20,000 nucleotides of DNA from an uncultured virus (IMG/VR IMGVR_UViG_3300049185_000041). Its lineage: Duplodnaviria > Heunggongvirae > Uroviricota > Caudoviricetes. Within the stretch, counting starts at the first letter, position 1; each line of letters begins with the position of its first letter. Positions 15,823-20,000 of this stretch are shown in pieces. The notes below the pieces were generated by a model. The model searched no databases and had not been told where the DNA came from. It worked only from the letters and a program-made list of their open reading frames with translations. Position numbers and translations under genes: made by a program. The DNA is taken from IMG/VR virus record IMGVR_UViG_3300049185_000041; one strand, written 5' to 3'.

Positions 15823-15876
15823 ATGAAAACGCATCCAACACCACTCCCGGTCTCCATAACAGAAATCACGCCATGA
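15823..15876 (+). CDS. Possible 17-aa minigene MKTHPTPLPVSITEITP
   Basis: Has its own CACGCCA-ATGAA motif, and its stop overlaps the next ATG (ATGA). Confidence 0.4.
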   Translation: MKTHPTPLPVSITEITP

Positions 15877-16187
15877 AAACCTTTTACTTCAATACGGGCG
15901 TCCGGCCCCACGCTCACACGCCCCCGGTCAAATTGAGCCCCGGGCAAGTCATGAGGGGCGGCACGATGCAAATACCTTTCGACTGTGAGGGCGTGCCTGA
16001 GGGTGCGACCTTCGACCACGGAAGCGACAATCCGGAGCCCGGATACCCGGGCGAGATTGTCCGCGAGATCCACAACTCCGCCTTGGTCTCGAAATACGCG
16101 CACTTCCGCCCGCCGGTCTCCCCGGAGCCACACCCCTACGTCCAGAAGTCACTCCGCGGGGAGCAACCCAGCCACCCTTGGAAGTAA
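15873..16187 (+). CDS. Hypothetical protein (104 aa)
   Basis: ATCACGCC-ATG start. Confidence 0.7.
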   Translation: MKTFYFNTGVRPHAHTPPVKLSPGQVMRGGTMQIPFDCEGVPEGATFDHGSDNPEPGYPGEIVREIHNSALVSKYAHFRPPVSPEPHPYVQKSLRGEQPSHPWK

Positions 16188-16196
16188 CCCCTTTCC

Positions 16197-16264
16197 AACC
16201 CCCGCCCGGTCTCCGCAATGCACGGCCTTTGCATCCCAGCATGTAAGGGGCCGGGCGGGTTTTA
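16197..16264 (+). terminator. Long stem-loop followed by a U-tract (terminator-like or processing hairpin)
   Basis: CCCGCCCGGTCTC (16201-16213) pairs with GGGGCCGGGCGGG (16247-16259), followed by TTTTT. Confidence 0.5.
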
Positions 16265-16292
16265 AACCTCTCACCTGATAGAAATTGAAACC

Positions 16293-16694
16293 ATGAAACC
16301 GCACCTTAATATCCTGCTTTCCCTCGGAAACCCTATTCGCTCGAAATCCGGGGAGGCTATTGGGCTTTCCACCTTTCACCCGAATGAGAATCATCAACAT
16401 GGTGATGATCCGGCAGAGAATCCGTCGCAATGGGAAGAGACGGTTGCGGAAGTTCTCGACGGGGGTCCGCCGGGGGTCATGGAAGACCAAGCGGCCCGCA
16501 TCCGCGACACTTGGAACGCCTGCCACGGTCTCGACCTCCCGGCGGACGTGGAACCCGGCATCCTCGCGGACCTTGTGATGGTCTCCGGGGACATGGTGCG
16601 GAGCATCGGGGATGATTCCCTGACAGTTTACCATGGAACCAAGCTCGCGAACCTCCTTGCCAAGCTCGCACCGGTCTCCCCGTCGCCGCAATGA
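16293..16694 (+). CDS. Hypothetical protein (133 aa), paralogous in part to 18812..19342
   Basis: Shares AC.GLDLP.D..PGILA.LV...LA..LAKLAP with the other gene. Confidence 0.7.
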   Translation: MKPHLNILLSLGNPIRSKSGEAIGLSTFHPNENHQHGDDPAENPSQWEETVAEVLDGGPPGVMEDQAARIRDTWNACHGLDLPADVEPGILADLVMVSGDMVRSIGDDSLTVYHGTKLANLLAKLAPVSPSPQ

Positions 16695-16786
16695 CCCCCT
16701 CCCCCGAAATCCCGTTTGCTCGTTCCATTGCCGCATGCATCGCGGCCGGCTGGGGCGTCATTTGTGCCGCGATGCTGTATCTCTAA
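16691..16786 (+). CDS. Small hydrophobic protein (31 aa; not in the ORF track)
   Basis: MTPSPEIPFARSIAACIAAGWGVICAAMLYL*; ATGA overlap; fills the intergenic gap. Confidence 0.55.
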   Translation: MTPSPEIPFARSIAACIAAGWGVICAAMLYL

Positions 16787-16797
16787 CACCTCACGCC

Positions 16798-17055
16798 ATG
16801 AAAGGAAAGCCGTTCAACTACCCGGGGAGGGTTTCCCGCAAAACAAAGGTTCATTCCTTTTGCAGTCAAATGCGCCGGAAGCTGGTCCGCTCGGGAACTC
16901 TCAATCTCGCCACCGGCAAAACGGACCTGCCTAATGAGGAGTGGCGGGATGAACCATGTGGAACCCCGCTTTTCACGGACGGGGAGCGCCAATCCGGAAT
17001 CTGCAAATCATGCGCCGGAGGATGGACGCACCCGGAAAACTCCCTGCTGCCATGA
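16798..17055 (+). CDS. Hypothetical Cys-containing protein (85 aa), possible zinc ribbon
   Basis: CTCACGCC-ATG start; HSFC...PCG...GICKSC. Confidence 0.7.
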   Translation: MKGKPFNYPGRVSRKTKVHSFCSQMRRKLVRSGTLNLATGKTDLPNEEWRDEPCGTPLFTDGERQSGICKSCAGGWTHPENSLLP

Positions 17056-17195
17056 ACCGCCCCCGCCGCGCCGCCCTTCACCGGGGCATCCTCCACGCCC
17101 TGCCGCTGTCCATTATCCTGTGGGGCGGTCTCGCCGGGGCCGCCTATGCCGTCACCCGCGTCATTCTGACAATCACGAACCAATTCACGCCATGA
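17052..17195 (+). CDS. Small single-TM protein (47 aa)
   Basis: MNRPRRAALHRGILHALPLSIILWGGLAGAAYAVTRVILTITNQFTP; ATGA overlaps at both ends. Confidence 0.65.
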   Translation: MNRPRRAALHRGILHALPLSIILWGGLAGAAYAVTRVILTITNQFTP

Positions 17196-17440
17196 ATACC
17201 CAGATGCAATCCCAGGTCGCCGCAAAGCTGACCGAACTTAAAGCCGGTCTCCCCTCCACCGTGGAGAAGATCGAAACCGAAATCCGCCAATGGCGGGAGA
17301 CTCGCGACTACTGCCGCGACAAAGGCAACAAGTCGGCGGCGGAAGACGCGGAGGCTGCCGCCGTCGCGTTCATTGAAATCCTGCCGCCCCGCGTCAAGGC
17401 GGACTACACCGCCCCCGCTTGGATGTACGGTAGACTCTGA
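17192..17440 (+). CDS. Hypothetical protein (82 aa)
   Basis: MNTQMQSQVAAK...; TTCACGCC-ATG start. Confidence 0.7.
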   Translation: MNTQMQSQVAAKLTELKAGLPSTVEKIETEIRQWRETRDYCRDKGNKSAAEDAEAAAVAFIEILPPRVKADYTAPAWMYGRL

Positions 17441-17482
17441 CCGGCTTCCCGGTCTCCATTTAATCGCTAACAACCTCACGCC

Positions 17483-17797
17483 ATGAAAACGAAAGTCATC
17501 TTCCGCAAGTTCAAATCCGACGGCGAGATCCTCGCCCTGTTTCCCGAAGTCCCGCACGACCGCATGGGGGACTTCTGTGTCAGCTACGCCCACGTAGGGC
17601 AGCACGGGGCCGCGAGCCCGGTCTTGACCGGCACCACGAGCCCGGCAACCCCGGAAGAGAGCGCACCGCTTAAGCGCGAAATCGAAAGCCTTGGGTATGA
17701 CCTGGAAGTCTGCCGGCGGGTTTCGTTCAAGATGGACAAGGCACGCCGGGAAGCCGCACGCCAAAACCGCAACCCTAGCCCGGTCCCCACGCCATGA
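17483..17797 (+). CDS. Conserved-looking phage hypothetical protein (104 aa)
   Basis: VIFRKF...GEILALFP...SYAHVGQHG...ATPEE..PLKREIESLGY, a pattern I recall from phage early regions; motif start. Confidence 0.8.
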   Translation: MKTKVIFRKFKSDGEILALFPEVPHDRMGDFCVSYAHVGQHGAASPVLTGTTSPATPEESAPLKREIESLGYDLEVCRRVSFKMDKARREAARQNRNPSPVPTP

Positions 17798-18540
17798 ATG
17801 CAACCCTTTCACTTCCGACCATGGACAAGCCTCCCGTCTCTTCCCTCCGCACGCTCTCCGGCATCCGCAAGGTGGCCGATTGGCTTAAGCATCGTGCCGA
17901 CTCCGGCCAATGCCCGGAGACCTGGAAGCCGGGCGTCACGCCGCCGGTCTCGTTCGGCCCGTTCAAGATCCACGACAACATCACGGCCCTCTGGCGGGCT
18001 GCCGAGCTACTGCGAAGCAATGCCACCTACTCCGGGTCTCGCGGCAGCACGGCGATCCCCGATAGCGTGTGGAGTCTGCAAGCCGTCCGCGCCTACGGCA
18101 GCCCGGAAGCCGGTCTCGCGGCCATCCGGCGGCAGCTTGCCATTCAAGCCTGTGACATGGACCCGGCGGACGTGAAGCGATGCGAACGGGCCGCATGCAT
18201 GATCGAGCGGCACCTTGCGGAAGAGGCCGAATTGAAACGCGACATGGAAGAGGCGGAAGCGGAGGCCGCGGTGTTCAAGGCCGCCCGGCCAGCAGACCCG
18301 GACGCCCCGCCGACCATCGGCAGCACGGTTTACGTTTCAGCCGCGGGCCGCGCATGGAAAGGAACCGTGCTGGGGGTAGCTAACAAGCGCGATGCCGTCC
18401 TGGGGAAGACAGTCCCGCATGTTCAAGTTCAGCTTACCCATCGCCGGGAAACCGATGGCCGGAAGATCTACGGCTTCCACCCCGGCAAGGGTCTCGTGAA
18501 ACGCTGGGAGCCCTGCCGCTACGTCCTAGTTCCATCCTAG
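17794..18540 (+). CDS. Hypothetical protein (248 aa)
   Basis: CCCACGCC-ATG start with ATGA overlap; C-terminal SH3-like pattern IGSTVYVS...WKGTVLGV. Confidence 0.7.
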   Translation: MNATLSLPTMDKPPVSSLRTLSGIRKVADWLKHRADSGQCPETWKPGVTPPVSFGPFKIHDNITALWRAAELLRSNATYSGSRGSTAIPDSVWSLQAVRAYGSPEAGLAAIRRQLAIQACDMDPADVKRCERAACMIERHLAEEAELKRDMEEAEAEAAVFKAARPADPDAPPTIGSTVYVSAAGRAWKGTVLGVANKRDAVLGKTVPHVQVQLTHRRETDGRKIYGFHPGKGLVKRWEPCRYVLVPS

Positions 18541-18811
18541 CCCGGTCTCCCGGCCACCCCATCGCATGCGCCCCGCTCCCGGTGACACGGCAGCGGGGCA
18601 AAGGGGTGATGAAAGGCAACTCCATGAAGTGACCCCATAGCAGCCGGGCTGTGAGCCGGCACGCAAAGCCCCGGACAACCGGGCAACTATGACCCTGATT
18701 AATCGCCGCCCCGCGCAAGGGGAGAATCCGAACCGCCTCCGGCTGCCATCGTGCGGCCGGGGGCTCCGGCAGTAGAGGCCATCCCGGTCTCGCTTGAACC
18801 ATACTCACGCC

Positions 18812-19342
18812 ATGAAACTCGGAGCTTACAGACAGAACGACACCACGATCAATCTATTGGACCGCGACACCGGAGAGGACGTCGCCTCCCGCGCCCATGA
18901 ACCCGGGAAAGAGGATGAGACTTATGAAGCCCTCATGCCCCTCTGCAACGCCGTCTCCGCCTGCGATGGCCTCGACCTCCCGGAAGACTGTCCGCCGGGC
19001 ATCCTTGCGGAACTTGTGACCGCCGCCCGCGAGCTTGCCAACACCATTACCGGCTTCGGGATGAAATGCCCGAACGTCCCTATCCGGGTCGAAGGGGAGA
19101 CCCTTGCGGCCATCCTCGCCAAGCTCGCGCCCGCCGGCAGCCCGGACAACGGGAAGCCGGTCTCGCCGCCGGAGCCTCGCCCACAACTCCCCTTCGAAAA
19201 AGAAGTGCTGAATCCGGACGGCACCTTCAAGGCCGGACTCGGAGACACCACTGAGCCCACGGAATCCGGCGTCCGCTATCCCGAAGGGCAACCCAGCGGT
19301 CACGGTCACACGCCGCTGGAACACCGCATTGCCAACTACTGA
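18812..19342 (+). CDS. Hypothetical protein (176 aa), paralogous in part to 16293..16694
   Basis: CTCACGCC-ATG start; shared GLDLP/PGILA/LAKLAP module. Confidence 0.7.
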   Translation: MKLGAYRQNDTTINLLDRDTGEDVASRAHEPGKEDETYEALMPLCNAVSACDGLDLPEDCPPGILAELVTAARELANTITGFGMKCPNVPIRVEGETLAAILAKLAPAGSPDNGKPVSPPEPRPQLPFEKEVLNPDGTFKAGLGDTTEPTESGVRYPEGQPSGHGHTPLEHRIANY

Positions 19343-19456
19343 AACTCTCCGGGAGCCCCGATGGGAACTCGCCCTTCAAGGAGGGCAGGAACTGGGACGG
19401 AAGTCCGGTTCACGGGGCTCCCGGTCTCCACTCTCACCAATAGAAATCACGCCACT

Positions 19457-19873
19457 ATGAACACGAAACAATTCTCGCTCGCACAAGTCCTCTCCATCAC
19501 CACTAGCCGCCTTTGCTGCGACATGGGCAGCATCTACGAGATACTGAACCACATCACCGGGGACAACCTCTTCACGCATGTCCTGCCGCGTGCTGCAAGG
19601 TTCGCCGCCCCTCTCATTCTTGAGGACCACCCGGAACTCAAGCCCGCGGGCGCGTGTCTCGACAGTTTGGACCGCTGGCTGGCCAGCGACCGGACTCCCG
19701 AGAAAAGCGAGGGCATTAAAATGTGGCTCGCCGAACTCCGGATGATGTTCCCGGACATCAAGCCGGAATATGAAATCCGAAGCTACTCGGACGCATGGCT
19801 GTCACTGAACCCGCTCGATGAACTGGCTGCGATGGCAGGGCCGGAGAAGATCGTCGTAGTCGAGAAAGCCTAA
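19457..19873 (+). CDS. Conserved-looking phage hypothetical protein (138 aa)
   Basis: FSLAQVLSITTSRL...IYEILNHITGDNLFTHVLPRA; ATCACGCCACT-ATG start. Confidence 0.8.
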   Translation: MNTKQFSLAQVLSITTSRLCCDMGSIYEILNHITGDNLFTHVLPRAARFAAPLILEDHPELKPAGACLDSLDRWLASDRTPEKSEGIKMWLAELRMMFPDIKPEYEIRSYSDAWLSLNPLDELAAMAGPEKIVVVEKA

Positions 19874-19904
19874 CACCCCCGCCACCCCGCCACCCTGTCA
19901 CCCG

Positions 19905-20000
19905 ATGCACCCGCCCCATCAAACCCGTGACGCCCAGGCGATCGAATACCTGGCCTCGCGCAATGCCCTCTGGAAACTGTCAACGCCCGTGCCGCTGGTC
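19905..20000 (+). CDS. Possible partial CDS running off the window
   Basis: MHPPHQTRDAQAIEYLASRNALWKLSTPVPLV... is open to the end; preceded by the degenerate TCACCCG-ATG. Confidence 0.4.
   Translation, partial: MHPPHQTRDAQAIEYLASRNALWKLSTPVPLV

Noticed and set aside
18600..18640. Hammerhead ribozyme suggested by TGATGA...GAA
   Set aside because: The core reads GUGAUGA rather than CUGAUGA, and I could not build the three stems with a GAAA/UH arrangement.
13192..19428. GGTCTC (BsaI/Eco31I) sites as cloning scars
   Set aside because: They are embedded in natural CDSs and hairpins, are overwhelmingly in one orientation, and extend to CCGGTCTC; this is not a Golden Gate pattern.
1..20000. tRNA, rRNA or IS transposase genes
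   Set aside because: I recognised no cloverleaf, rRNA-like segment or transposase motif by eye; tRNAscan was not run.

Overview
This 20-kb window is a GC-rich tailed-phage (Caudoviricetes-like) or prophage segment with two divergent arms around a ~1.1-kb repeat-rich non-coding region (~10,960-12,090). The left arm is mostly on the minus strand: a serine recombinase, many small translationally coupled hypothetical and membrane genes, a DUF3307-like protein, an HEXXH protein, a large terminase interrupted by a 342-aa LAGLIDADG intein, a BCS1-like AAA+ ATPase, and the 5' end of a probable portal gene. The right arm (plus strand, 12.1-20 kb) looks like an early/accessory region with a DUF3560-like protein, an N6-adenine-type methyltransferase and many small hypotheticals. 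The most striking signal is regulatory. Thirteen right-arm start codons lack a Shine-Dalgarno and instead read CACGCC-N(0-4)-ATGAA. A ~70-nt candidate small RNA on the minus strand (6688-6756), with its own sigma70-like promoter and terminator, displays the complement (UUCAUUGGCGUGA) in a hairpin. A second structurally similar copy with a different but still paired stem lies at 13,102-13,164. This suggests an undescribed phage sRNA regulon acting on the start codons of a whole gene class. The right arm also has 15 strand-polarised CCGGTCTC copies, and two families of 8-bp-period DNA repeats mark the promoters and the central region. Family assignments come from motif recognition by eye; no database searches were run.
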